Assembly: GCF_009914755.1 (NCBI RefSeq) | Contig: NC_060935.1 | DNA: 64,000 bases | Source: the human T2T-CHM13v2.0 reference genome, Homo sapiens | Strand: one strand, 5' to 3' | In this document: positions 1-12,932 of the stretch, in pieces | Layout: the number at the start of each line of letters is the position of its first letter | How positions within the stretch are numbered: position 1 is the stretch's first letter | Notes under the pieces: model-generated | Database searches by the model: none | What the model was told of the DNA's origin: nothing | What the model saw: the letters and a program-made list of their open reading frames with translations, nothing else | Position numbers and translations under genes: made by a program

Positions 1-134
1 CTTTCTCTACTTCATGATATTTGTTGTTTATTTTTATTTAGTATAAATATTAAAATTTTCTAGTCTTATTTCATATGACTTCCCTTCATTTAAGTTATTT
101 TAATTAGAAACTATTTCAGATATTCAGAAAACTT

Positions 135-577
135 CTTCAATATATTTGTCTTTGAGGAGAGTGCATGGAATTTTGAGGATCTGGAATAGGATGTCAACTT
201 TCAATATATGCAGGAAAAGAATTTGTTTGATATGTGTGAGTGTACTATTTTCAAAATAAATTTTCAAACACAAAAAATAAATTTAATGATGTAGCTAAAA
301 GAAAGGTAAAAATTTGAAAAGATATGACAGAAAGAGAAAGTTAATTGGTGGTGAGAAACTTAAGAAAATGAGTATAGAAAACTCTTCTGAAGAGATTTTC
401 TGTAAAGGAAATAAGAGAAACCAGGTCATGGATGCATGGATGGAGGAGAATGTGGACTAAGGTGGTGATTTAAGCCAGGGGATGGGATAGCCTGTTTGTG
501 CTTCACCGGAATGATCCAATAGAAAGAAGCAAAGGGAGACGTGGTCATTATGCACAGTGTTTCAGTGCAGAGAGGGG
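135..577. repeat. Relic fourth copy of part of the unit (mostly L2-like sequence)
   Basis: tagaaaactcttctgaagagattttc...cacagtgtttcag matches 4075-4266 and 45825-46035. Confidence 0.75.
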
Positions 578-1082
578 TGTTTTCTTTATCAAAGTGGTGG
601 TATTTTAGCAGCTGGTGTTTTCTTTATCAAGGTAATAATGCATTCAGGTGTATATTTTCTTTACAAATGGCAGAGAAGTGAATTCAAGGTCAAAGTGTCC
701 TTGAATCCTATTCTCCAGAGGCCACCACTTGCCATAGTTTACTTTTTTTTTTATTATTATCAGCTCTGAATAATACACTTATATTTCATTTTAATTTGTC
801 AGTATGAACAAGTGGACCAATTGATTTCTTTTACACAATGTAAAGAGTTCAGCACTCTTATTTTCTTTCTCTGTCTATTTAATGTCATTTGTTCTTTATA
901 TTTGTTAGTTGTGAATTTTCATAATTTTATGTCTTTCCTCTTATGCTTGCATTCTTCTGCCTCATGCTACAGCCAAATCAAGCCACTTGCATTTTAAATA
1001 ATACAATTTGAATTAGATTCTATTTCAAAAACTGAGAAAAGTTCCTTAATGGATTATTTCAGCAAATATGTAATAAGGACTT

Positions 1083-1439
1083 TGTTACAGGCAGTATTTT
1101 GTCTCTACAATGTTCATATGCTAATGTTCTAACACCTAAGTCAGAATGCTGCTGTATAATATTTGAAAACAGGCACTTCAAGGATGTAAGTAAGTTAAAA
1201 AGAGGCTGTTAGCTTGGGCCTTAATTCAACAGAACTGGTGGTCCTATAATAGGAGATTAGGACACAGACACACAGAGGTAAGACCATGTGAAGAGACAGG
1301 GAAGAGAAGATGCCATCCAACCCTGCCCACACCTTAATCTCAGACTTCTAGCCTCCAAAGTTGTGAGAAAATGAAGTTGTGTGGTTTAAGCCACCCAGTT
1401 TGTGGTACCTTGTTGTGGCAGTCATAGAAAACTAATAGA
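1083..1439 (+). mobile_element. MaLR solo LTR, MLT1B-like
   Basis: Diagnostic ggagattaggacacagacac, cttctagcctcca..tgtgagaaaat, tttaagccacccagt.tgtggtac and a terminal aaactaata. Confidence 0.85.
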
Positions 1440-2179
1440 GATGTACCATGTCTTAGGATTTTTTTCAGGCACTTGAGTTGCAGTTGTGAATAAAACTATA
1501 CCATGGGCTTCTGGAGTTTATTTCCAAAGGGCTGAATGAATGCCCTCAGAAAGTAAATACAGACTGAAAAGAGAAGAGGTCTGAAGTGTCTTCATCCATG
1601 AAACATCTGGAGAAGCTGGATCCAGCAAACCATCCATAGAGAAACTTACCAATGGAGAAAAAGTCTTAGAATTAGACAGAAATACATATGAGAATGTGGT
1701 ATATGATAAAGGTTGCATGTCAAAATTTTGAGGAAAACATGTAAAGAAGCAATTGTGGGGGAGGGAAGAAAGCTAGGAAGTACAGTGTTTGATAATTTTA
1801 AGCCATGGAGTTATTGGTTGGTAATAGTGTCAGTAGCGGCTGAGCAGTTATAAAATTGACCCTTGGTGAGAAGCATGGGAGTCATTGCTGATGTCAATGT
1901 GGTTGCAGAGGAAGAATGGCCCAAACACTAACTGGAGAAGGTGTACAAGAGAATGGCAGGTGGTGTGATGGGACTCCTGGACACCACAGACTCCAGCTGA
2001 AACACTGTAGAGAAGGAGACAGTGAAGGCAGGTAGCTGCATGCCATGTTACTGTATAAACAACCAGCAGCGTTTCTATATACAAAACAGGCAGTAGGAAG
2101 AAATAAAAGAAAATGAACCTCAATTACATCTTCTGAAAAAGAAGGGTAATGAGAATGCTTAAAATCTAGTGTAAGTTTT

Positions 2180-3230
2180 GAATAAGAACAACATTCCAAT
2201 ATTGATTCATATATGGAAAAGTAGATCAATAAAAACATCACAAGATTAGACATGAATACGCATTGAAATTTAGTATAATAAAGGCGATATACTGAATAAC
2301 TGTGTAAAACATGGACTATTCAATGAATGGGACTGGGATACTGAGTGGTCATCTAAAATAAAATTAAGTTGAAAATATACTTTACGTATGATTTTGGGAT
2401 AAATACAGATACATGAAATACTTTTATAATGAAAATATAAGAACCTAAAGAAACATAGGAAGATGTTTTTTTTAAGCTCCCAGTGGGGAATAACTTTCAA
2501 ATTACAGGACAAACTTTAGAAGACATTAAAGAAAATATTAATAAAGACAAAAACAAAGACTTCATTGGCATGGCATGAATCATCATAATGAAAATTAAAT
2601 AAGCTGGGAAAATATTGATAATGTATATCATAGCTTAACTGCTAAATTTCCCAATTTATAAAATGTTTCTGTAAAATGTCAGTTCAATATCCAAAAAGCT
2701 AATAAGAAAATGACTATAGGTCATGATTTACAATTTCTAGAAAGTAAAAAGGGGTCTTAAAGACATGGAAAGATGAGAATACCAACTCTTAATAAAAGAT
2801 ATGCAAACTGAATTGATACAGAGTTTTATTTTACTTACCAAAATGTAAAAAGCCAAATGTTTGGATAGTGTATAGCATGTGGATGTTATGAGACCAGGCA
2901 CTCTCCCTCATTTCTGCCGGGGGTGCAAATGGATAAAATAACCTCCAGGGAAGATGATTTTCAACATATAGAAATATATATAAAGTATCATATTTTTCTC
3001 CCTATAATTCTTCATCTAGGAATTTATCCTAGAGATATACTTGTGCATGTTGAAGATATATATATATATATATATATTTATATAACTTTGTGTGTATATA
3101 TACACACACAAAGTTAATAAATGCAGCATTTTTGCAATAAAAAATGGTAACAGCCAAAATGGCCATCAATACTGTATAAATTATGGTCTATTCGTATAGT
3201 AGAATACTCTGCGACAGTATCAAAAGAACA
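2180..3230 (+). mobile_element. Old L1M (L1ME-like) 3' ORF2 fragment with internal (TA)n
   Basis: Degenerate L1 3' motifs (ctaggaatttatcctagagatatacttg; aaatggccatcaata; agaatactctgc). Paralog at 43853-45470. Confidence 0.65.
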
Positions 3231-3233
3231 ACA

Positions 3234-3538
3234 GGCTGGGCATGTTGTTTCACACCTGTAATTCCAGCACTTTGGGAGGCCGAGGTGGGAGGATCATTTG
3301 CACCCAGGAGTTCGAGACTAGCCTGGGCATCATAGAGAGGACCCTTCTCTACAAAAATGAAAATATTAGCTAGGCATGGTGGCTTGCACCTGTAGTTTCA
3401 GCTACTTGATAGGCTGACGCGGGAGGATTGCTTAAGCCCAGGAGTTTGAGGCTGCAGTGAGCCGTTATTGGGCTACTGCACTCTAGCTAGGGTGACAGAG
3501 TGAGATGCTGTCTGAGTAAATGAAATAAAATAAAAAAA
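3234..3538 (+). mobile_element. AluJ
   Basis: Dimeric Alu with J diagnostics (ggaggattgcttaagcccaggagtttgaggctgcagtgag) and an A-rich tail. Empty paralogous site at ~45450-45470. Confidence 0.9.
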
Positions 3539-3624
3539 CAAGAAACCTGATATGAAAGGGGCTTCATGATACATCAAATAAAGAAAAAAGAATGCAGGCC
3601 AATGTGTATTTTGTATGAGATAGA

Positions 3625-3625
3625 C

Positions 3626-3658
<33 letters not shown>

Positions 3659-3675
3659 TACATATAAATATATAA
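3625..3675. repeat. (TA)n microsatellite
   Basis: A tatatata run; a second (TA)n/(CA)n run lies at 3056-3110. Confidence 0.9.
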
Positions 3676-3939
3676 ACAAGTATATAGTTGTTTTAGCATT
3701 AAGTGTCTTTAGATAGATTAAAAATTAAAAACTATAAAAATGTATATGTCTTTGATAATACGGTAAAGAAGCCCGAGTACTTGGAATGAGAATGACCATT
3801 TTCAACGTATGCGTGAAAAATTTTTTTGAAACCTGTGACTATATTACTATTTTAAAAAGAAATTTTTAAAAAAATATTTCAAATTTTATTTTAAAAATAA
3901 ATTTTAAAATAAAGGAAATAAATGTACAGTGATAAATGC

Positions 3940-4690
3940 AATGATTTAGCTAAGAAAGTGAAATAGGAATATGAGAAGAACACACATAAAGAGATAATGA
4001 AAAGGTTAATTAGGTGGGAAAGGGAGGGGGAGAGAGAGAGTTAATTGGAGGTGAGAAAATGAAGATAAGGAGTGTAGAAAACTCTTCTGAAGTGATTTTC
4101 TCTAAAGGAAAAAAGAGAAATCAGATTGTGGATGGAGGGAAATGTTGACTTGAGTGGTGTTTTAAGGAGATAGGATAGCTTATTTATACTGTGCTGAATG
4201 ACCCAATAGAAGAGGAAGCATTGAAGAAGCTGGAGGGAGAGGTGGTCATTATACACAGTGTTTCAGGGCAGGAAGGGGAACCAGCACACAAGGGGAAAGG
4301 ACGGTTAAGGACAGGAGCGTGCAGAGCCCATTGCCTGACTTGGGAGGGAAGACAGAGAAATGAGCTCAGAGAAATGAGCTCAGAGGCGAACTGACAGGTA
4401 GGTTTGTTGTGGGGGAGATGGGGTAATTCTCGGCAGAGCATCACAAGAGAGCGATAAAAGAGTGAGGAGGTGGTTTCAGGAGAGAGGAGGTGGTGTGAAG
4501 AGTTTCCTTGGAGAGTGGGAAGCAATTATGGAAATGTTACATGATTGTTCAGGAGATACAAGTGAATATTTGAGGCTCAAGGTCATAAATGTGAAGTGAA
4601 ACCATTAGGCATGGTAGTGTGTTGTTCTCCAGCCACACTCAGATCTGTGAGAAGAGATATGGAGTTAATAGGAGAGCTGGATTCAACCAA
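3940..4690 (-). mobile_element. L2 fragment
   Basis: Purine-rich degenerate L2-like text; low certainty on family and ends. Confidence 0.45.
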
Positions 4691-4693
4691 GGC

Positions 4694-5700
4694 AAAAGAC
4701 AGATGCTTCACCAAGGAGATATATGCATGGCAAATAAAGGCATAAAATGATGTTCAACATCAGTAACCTTTAGGAAAATACAAATTAATAACACAAAGAG
4801 ATACTACTACACACCTTTTAATATGGCTAAAATACAAAATATTGATAGTTTCAAATATTGGTCATGATTTGGAGAAATTGGATGTTTTATACCCTGCCAG
4901 TGAGAGAGTAAAATGGTAGAGCTACTCTGAAAAACTCTTGCATTAAAAAAAATTAAACATAGAATATTTGACATACAACTCAGCAATTCAATTATGAAAT
5001 TTATCCTAGAGACTAGAAAACTATATTCATTAAAAAATCTATACACATATGTTTATAGCAGCTTTATATATAAAAGACATATTAGACAAAAATGCAATGG
5101 CCTTCCACTTATGAATAGTGAAACAAAGCATCAGAACAAAGAAATACTACTCAACCATGAAAAAAATCAACAACAAATTACTAATACCTGCACCAACTTG
5201 GGTCGGTTGAGGACATTATGCTGAGTGAAAAAGCCAGACTCAAAAGATTAATTGTTGTATGATTTCATGTTTGTAACAGTTTTGAAATGACAAAATTATA
5301 GAGGTGAAGAATAGATTAGTGGTTAGAAGGGTTTGGGAAGAGACATGGGGTGGGTGTGATAATATGGGTCACCCAAGGGAATTCTTTTGTGGTGAAGAAA
5401 CACTCCCATATCTTCAATGTGGTGGTGGTTAAATGAATCTATATGTGTGACAAAATGTTATAGAATTACTTGCAAAGACATATCCCACTCGTAAAAAAAT
5501 GAGTGCATGCAATCACTGGTGAAATCCCATAAGATGTATATTATAGATAATTGTTTTGTACCAACATCAATTTCCTGGTTTTGATAATAAACTCTATCTA
5601 TGTAGCACGTCACCATTGGTATATATTAGGTGATGGGTACACAGGAACTCTCAGTACTATTTTTGTAACTTTTTGTTAGATTACAAATAATTCAGAATGG
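4694..5700 (+). mobile_element. Old L1M (L1MD/ME-type) 3' end
   Basis: L1 3' ORF2/UTR motifs (cttcaccaaggagatatatgcatggcaaataa; tcaatttcctggttttgata; ggtacacaggaactctc). Paralogs at 46455-46793 + 53383-54075 and 29606-30300. Confidence 0.75.
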
Positions 5701-8161
5701 GAAGATAAAGAACTAAAAGTTCAGTTAGTTGGGTTGACTACGTGGATATTGAAGTCATCAAGAATGAGGACCAGAGTTATGCTCGAGAGAAACTTGTAAA
5801 CTAGACACACAAGCCATAAGATAATATAATAAACATTCACACACCCACCACTAAAATGATGTATATATCAACATTTTGTCATATTTGCTTCCAATCTCTC
5901 CTAAAAATGAATACATAAAAATGTACTGATACAACTAAAGGCTCAAACCTGCATCTCTCACTGATCTTTTCGAAACTTCTGAAGCTAATATGCATTATTC
6001 TCTCACGTGTAATAACATGTTAAAACAGGAATTTTAATTGAAATATCAAGATACAATAAATATGTATTATAATGGAGGTGCAATGTGACATGTTGAATTT
6101 CGGTACAAATTTTCTGATAATAGGTTACCAACTTGTAAGCAATCATCCATATCAAGGCTATGAAAAAGTTTAGAGTTGAATTTTTATGTGACAAATAAAA
6201 TATTGAACTTAATTTAAAGGTGACCTATCTTCCACACTGTCAATTTGGACCTTTTGCAGGCAAAAATATTATATAAGAGGAGTGTGTACATTTCAGTGTT
6301 TCTCACTCCTACCCTAACTTCCACACTTGTAGTTTTTTATCATTGCCTTCTGACCCTTAAGTGTTGGCTGTATCCCTGTGAGGAGGGTCAGGAGAGCAGG
6401 ACATTGCCTTTTTGGCTTGTCTTGCTGGGCTGACCTGGCTGGCCCTCTCTGGAATTTACAACATTGTAGAGTTCTCTCAAGGTAATATAGTAAAACTAAT
6501 TCCAAGCCCTGTCACATGAAGTCCACAACAGACATTACTCAATGTTCAGAGTACTCTGCCTTATGATCCTTCTTACACGGGATCTTGTAAGCACAACCAA
6601 ACACTTGGGGTGGCGCAAAGAATAAAACGCATGACATACTAATCACCATTCCTTAAAAAACTCCATGCTTTTATTAACAGTGCCATCATAAATGTCCTCT
6701 TCTTTCATTTCCATCTGACCAAATCTTACTCACGTCTCCTTGACCAACAGAAAAATTTATGTGACTGGCAGAAGTGACAGAGGATACATACTGGGTAAAT
6801 TGTAGAGTCATCAGTTCAAATTCTAAATATTTCAAGAAGCCCTCCCTGATCGCACACACACTTGCTAATGATATCTTCTCCATCTCTTCTCTCCCTCCTT
6901 TGTGTTTGCATCCTGCAAGGATTCAGGATAGTTTTACCAATATGTTGGGCATGAGTATGGGGCTCTCTTCTATACTCTATGTCACTGCTAAATAACAAGC
7001 AAATCCCATCTGTATCTATGGCCAGCATTGGTGCATTGGCAATATCCCTGCCCAGTCCATTCCACACAATCATAAAGGAGGAGCATCCCAGCAATCTCTT
7101 CGAATTCTGGGTAACTGCCATGTAGGTGAGAAGAACATGTGCTTATTATGATCACAGTCACTATATAGAGACATGAACTGTTCAGGATGCCTGGATCACA
7201 AGAGTAGTTATTTTCAGTTCACAGATCTGATAATGTCAAACCTTACCACTGTATTTTTAAAGCAGAGACTTGAGCACAAATGGCATAATGTCAGTCTGGG
7301 GCAATCTCATAACCTCACTATCTGCTTGGATTGCCTGGAATGAGCATGTGCCCCATGTTGATCATGCAGTCGGCTTGAGAATCCCAGTTCCACGAATTCA
7401 GGTTCACAGTGTTCTTTTCATTCTAGCACTTGAAGATTCTGCATCCCTTCAAATGCTAGGATTTCTTGATGCTGAGCTGGGCTTGGCTGTAGGCAAGGGC
7501 TTTATATGCTGGACACGTGGTAGTGGGAATAGTTAGTCTTGCAACACCCATCCATGCCCTAAGCACCTGCAGGGACTCTTCTGCTGTCTTCTGTCCATCC
7601 CTGTGTTTGCATCCTGCAAGGATTCAGGACAATTGTACCAATATTATGGGCATGAGTATGGAGATCTCTTCTTCTGTACTCTGTTGTTACTGCTAGATAA
7701 CAACAAGCAAATCCCTTCTGCATCTATAGCCAGCATTTGTGCATTGACAATATTTCTGTCCAGTCCATTCCACACAATCATAAAGAAGGAACATCACAGC
7801 AATCTCTTTGAATTCCAGGTTCCACAAATACATGCTCAGTATGTTTTTATACAGTGAACAGAGAATGAGTGAGTGAGTGAGTGATATTGCTATAAAAAGT
7901 TTACTTAATGATACATTGAGGACTGTAAGGTGGATAGGTTAATTAAAAATATCTGTTAACCAGCAATTATAAAAAGATTACATTTGTAAGAAAAAAATTT
8001 CATTTTTACCTAGAATTAATTCACTAGAAAAGGACTAGACTGAAGGGCTTTCCATTCTGTAGGTTTCAGCAAATAGAATTCCACTCTGTCTGTCTTACAG
8101 AAGGCATAGCTATCAATCACTTTTTAGGATTTCCAGTTTAAATTTGTGTAAGTGTAGATTT

Positions 8162-9745
8162 TTTATCTTTGAAACTTCTATTTATTTATTTTTCTTTATT
8201 CTAGAAAAAGGGGGATAATGTGTAGAATGTGCAGGTTTGTTACATAGGTACACAGGTGCCATGGTGGTTTGCTGCACCTATTTACCCATTCTCTAAGTTC
8301 CCTCTCCTAACCCACATCCCCCAACAGGCCCTGGTAATGTGTTTTTCCCCCCTGCCTGTGTCCATGCATTCTCATTGTTCAGTTCCCACTTACGAGTGAG
8401 AACATGCGGTGTTTGCGTTTCTTTTCCTGTGTTAGTTTTCTGAGGATGATGGCTTCCAGCTTCACATCCTGCAAAGGACATGATCTCATTCCTTTTTATG
8501 GCTGCATAGTATTCCATGGTGTATATGTACCACATTTTCTTTATCCAAGCTATCATTGATGGGCATTTGGGTTGGTTCTGTGTCTTTGCTATTGTGAATA
8601 GTGCTGCAATAAATATACATGTACATGTGTCTTTATAGTAGAATGATTTATATTCCTTTAGGTATATGCCCAGTAATGGGATTGCTGGGTCAAATGGTAT
8701 TTCTGGTTCTAGATTCTTGAGGAATCACCACACTGTCTTCCACAATGGTCGAACTAATTTACATTTCCAACAACAGTGTAGAAGTGTTCCTATTTCTCCA
8801 CAGCCTTACCAGCATCTATTGTTTCCTGACTTTTTAATAATCACCATTCTGACTGGCATGAGATGATATCTCATGAAAATGGCCATACTGTCCAAAGTAA
8901 CTTATATATTCAATGCTATTCCCATCAAACTACCATTCACATTCTTCACAGAATTAGAAAAAACTATTTTAAATTTCATATGAAATCGAAGAAGACCCTG
9001 TATAGCCAAGACAATCCTAAGCAAAAAGAACAAAGCTGGAGGCATCACACTATCTGACTTCAATACTACAAGGCTATAGTAACCAAAACAGCATGGTACT
9101 GGTACCAAAACAGACATATAGACCAATGGAGCAGAACAGAGACCTCAGAAATAATACCACACATCCACAGCCATCTGATCTTCTACAAACCTGACAAAAA
9201 CAAGCAATGGGGAAATGTTCTCCTATTCAGTAAGTGGTGCTGGGAAAACTGGCTAGCCTTATGCAGAAAACTGAAACTGGACTCCTTCCTTACACCTTAC
9301 ACAAAAGATTAACTCAAGATGGATTAAGACTTAAATGTAAAATCCAAAACCATAAAAACTCTAGAAGAAAACCTAGTCGATACCATTCAGGACATAGGCA
9401 CAGGCAAAGACTTCATGACTAAAACACAAAAAGCAATGGCAGCAAAAGCCAAAATTGACAAATGGGATCTAATTAAACTAAAGAGCTTCTGCACAGCAAA
9501 AGAAACTATCATCAGAGTGAACAGTCAGCCTACAGAAAGGGAGAACATTTTTGCAATCTATCCATCTGACAAAGGGCTAATATCCAGAATTTACAAGGAA
9601 CTTGAACATATTTACAGGAGAAAAACAACCCCATCAAAAAGTGGGTGAAGGATATGAACAGACACTTCTCAAAAGAAGACATTTACATGGCCAATAAACA
9701 TATGAAAAAAAGCTCAACATCACTGATCATCAGAGAAATGCAAAT
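8162..9745 (-). mobile_element. 5'-truncated L1PA8A-like element with 5' inversion (twin priming)
   Basis: 8162-8874 is the L1 3' end on the minus strand; 8875-9745 is the upstream ORF2 segment on the plus strand. TSD taagtgtagat(t/c)tt at 8149-8162 and 9746-9759. Confidence 0.9.
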
Positions 9746-11594
9746 TAAGTGTAGATCTTAATATCAGATATATTGCATTCTGTCTGAGAATATGTTTCAA
9801 TTGTGTTCATCTATGTTCAGTCTTGTTTAGTAGGGAGGCTTACAACTAATGCACTAACAGTAATTTTGGGACTTGCTTTTCTCTTCCTTTAAGCATCCAC
9901 ATTACTTTTTATTGAAACCACAATTGTTCTTTAATACTCATATTTCATTGATATGTTGTGTTTAGATAAATTAGGTAATTACATTGGCAAGTCTAATTGG
10001 CATAAGCAGGACAGGAAACAGATCCAATTGGTTCTTGTGAAGCTGATGTCTCAGTGCTCTTGAGCCCAGGTGTACAGGAGCATCAGTGAATGACCATGAG
10101 GGCTCAGTATTTACTCCGCATCAACCAATACATTTTCTAGATGGAATGGATAGGATTGGTTATACAGATAGAGTCTGTTAGCCAGAGATGTATTGGAAAG
10201 GTTTTTACATGTATGTAGAATTAACACAGTGCCTGATGAATTAGGTTTAAATGTTTGTTGAATGCATACATAAAAAATAATCATGAATGGCAGCTCCCAA
10301 AATGTGCCATGAGGGACTTTCATATCATTTCTCTCTTCTTGGAGGAAACTCTTGGATGTCCTGCATGCTCTTCTTCAACATGTAAATTAGAGGAAATGAT
10401 ATCATTGGCCTTGGAAAGAAGGCAGCTCCTGAGCAGACTCCTGCATCTCCTGTCCCCACTTTCTTCTCTCCGGAGTCAGTGAGCAGACCTGCAATGAAAG
10501 GGAAGAGCTGTTCTCAAAACAACCAACTCCAGAGGACACTCTCTTCTCTTGAGTGGAAGGTTCCTGTAGGAGCTCCAGTGAGACCTGGTGACTAACACAT
10601 CCTTTGCAAGATGCTAGACAACCCTGTGATTTTCAGGTGGGAGCTGCTTGAGAAAAATAGTTGCCGAGCATCTTGTAAATTCCACGCCTAGTCTGTTGCG
10701 CTAGAAATTCAAGGAAGTGTTTTCTGCTCTTAAAGACCTTACAGTGTGGTTGAAGAGCAAGACATGAGGACAAATCATTCAAGTACACTCTTATAAGTGC
10801 TATAGTAGAGCAATGTGTGGGGCCAAATGAGTCCAGAATGGCCTTCAGGGGCTGAATATAAGCTTTCAGGAGCTTAAAGTATTCTTATAGTTAAAAGAAA
10901 AAGGAATGTCACTGTCAACAAAATAACCAGTTTCCCAGAGAGGGCCAACAGTCTTTGGTTCAATTGTTAGGTGAAATTTCTCTCCATGGCTCCTCATTAT
11001 GGACAAAATTGTTAGCTGAAGCTATACAATTGATGATACCACAGACTCAAGGTGGACTCTCCTGATAACCCCCAGTCTGAACTAATGACATCACATCAAA
11101 ACCCCATGCCTGGAGAATTGACTGTAAACACTGTCTTCCTGCCTCCTTGTACCTATAGGAACCCTCACATATAGCCAAGTCCTACTATGGTATTTGTAAA
11201 TCAAGCATGGACATATAGGATACAGAATCAGCAAAGAGCGAGGCCTGGAAGAGGAATGGATCTGGATTCAAGAGGCCTGAGTTCTATAGGTTGAACAGTG
11301 TTGTAAGAGCCATCAAAAATATTTTTTTTGAAAAGTGGAAAATAATGGGCTTTTTTGCCACTTTTTTAGCTACTTTATACTGTCTCCTGAGTACTCAAAT
11401 TGCATTTGTCAGCTCTCCTGTGTGAGGGTCAATCTGAGGGACATCCTCACTGCTGTGAGCAGCTCAGAGCCCACTGTGATGTCCCATCTTCTCTTGGTGG
11501 TCTCTTCTGTCTGCTTGAGTTACCTGTGGAAGGGTTAACCACTGGCAGAGACTAGTCCTGATTTGTACTGATCCTAAGTTCTCATAATTAGATG

Positions 11595-11945
11595 TTTTTA
11601 TTTGTGGTAAAGTTTATATAACATACATTTTACTAATTTAACCATTTTCAGTGTACAATCCAGTGGCATTGAGTACGTTGACAATGAGCTATAACTATTA
11701 CCACTCCCTCTTTTAAGAACTTTTCATTATCACAAACAAAAATTTTATGCTGATTAAATCCTGTTTACACATTCTCCCCATTCCTCACCATCAGGTTCCT
11801 AATCTATTTTCTGTGTTCATCAGTTTTCCTAGTTTGGATACTTCAAAAATTTGAACTTACAATATTGTTCTTTAGTGTCTGGCTTATTTCACTTAGCACA
11901 GTGTTCTCAATGTTCATCTGTGTCACAGCATGTATTAGAATTCTC
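11595..11945 (-). mobile_element. L1MB-type 3' end (paralogs at 35070-35420 and 58495-58835)
   Basis: ttgtggtaaa..tacataacat...aaccatttt.agtgtacaat.cagtggcatt; tgtctggcttatttcacttagca. Confidence 0.75.
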
Positions 11946-12932
11946 TAACAATGCTAAGCTATTATCAAGATACTGTAATTGACATTATCATGGAAAGGTC
12001 AGATGTCTTCAATCTTGCTTCTCATGGTGACTAGCCATGAAGCTAACTAAAAGTTACAACCAGAACAACTTATACAAAAACGGGAAGTACCCAGAATTCC
12101 TCTACAACTGAAGGAATCTGTCAGCAAATAATAAATGATTTCAAGATAATTTTCACATTGAAACCAATACTGAGGTTGCAAATGGCCAAATTAGAACTGA
12201 TAGGGCATATTTATATACTCTACACTTGTTCCTTGGTCCAGGGATAGCTAAATAAGCACATACTAGTTCTCAAGGGGAAGGGGCCATGGTTATCTTCACT
12301 GGAAACCTAGGCCAACCTGTCACCATGCTGTGGACAAATGACAGCGCAGGACTTTTCATAAAACCAGTTTCCTGGACTGTTTTTATGAAGACAGAGAGTT
12401 TGTCTCTTGACATTATTTTCCCTTATATCTGAGAATTCAATGAAATTTAGAGGCAACAGAACTTACTTATCAAGAGTTGAGCTTCCTACCTGCAGCAATG
12501 CCTCCAATCATGGAAGGGAACATGATTTTCCACGGAACATAGTCTGAGAGATAAATAAGGAATCTTCCTTTTTGACACTGTTAGGTAAATAAAAATTATG
12601 AAGCAGAATTTTGCAGTTTTGTGCAGGAATTCTTTCCATTCTAATGAAAATTGCAAAAAAAAAATGTTTTCAGTAAAAAAAATTCAGTGGAAGAAAACAG
12701 GATAAATTGATTGTTAATGTGAAGAAGAATTTAAACATTGTACCTTAAAATTAATGCTTTCTCTGAGTAAAACTAGAAATGTGAGATTAAAAATAAAACT
12801 ATTTGAAGATACTGGGGTGTCACTGGGGCATTTCAGAGGCACAAAGATGAGAAAAACGCATATAATTGTCAAGAGTGGCAGGGTAGTGTTGCTCTCAAAG
12901 TCCCATCTGACTAACAGGGCAGAGGCTCTTCC

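Noticed and set aside
4353-4385. 14-bp tandem duplication cagagaaatgagct (similar small ones at ~46727-46770 and ~50405-50418)
   Set aside because: Ordinary slippage events inside old repeats, with no sign of function.
6816-7121. Similar short minus-strand ORFs at 6816, 31475 and 55194 (HAHHIG..PCRMQTQ) as a conserved micro-gene
   Set aside because: The similarity follows from the segmental duplication; starts, lengths and frames differ between copies.
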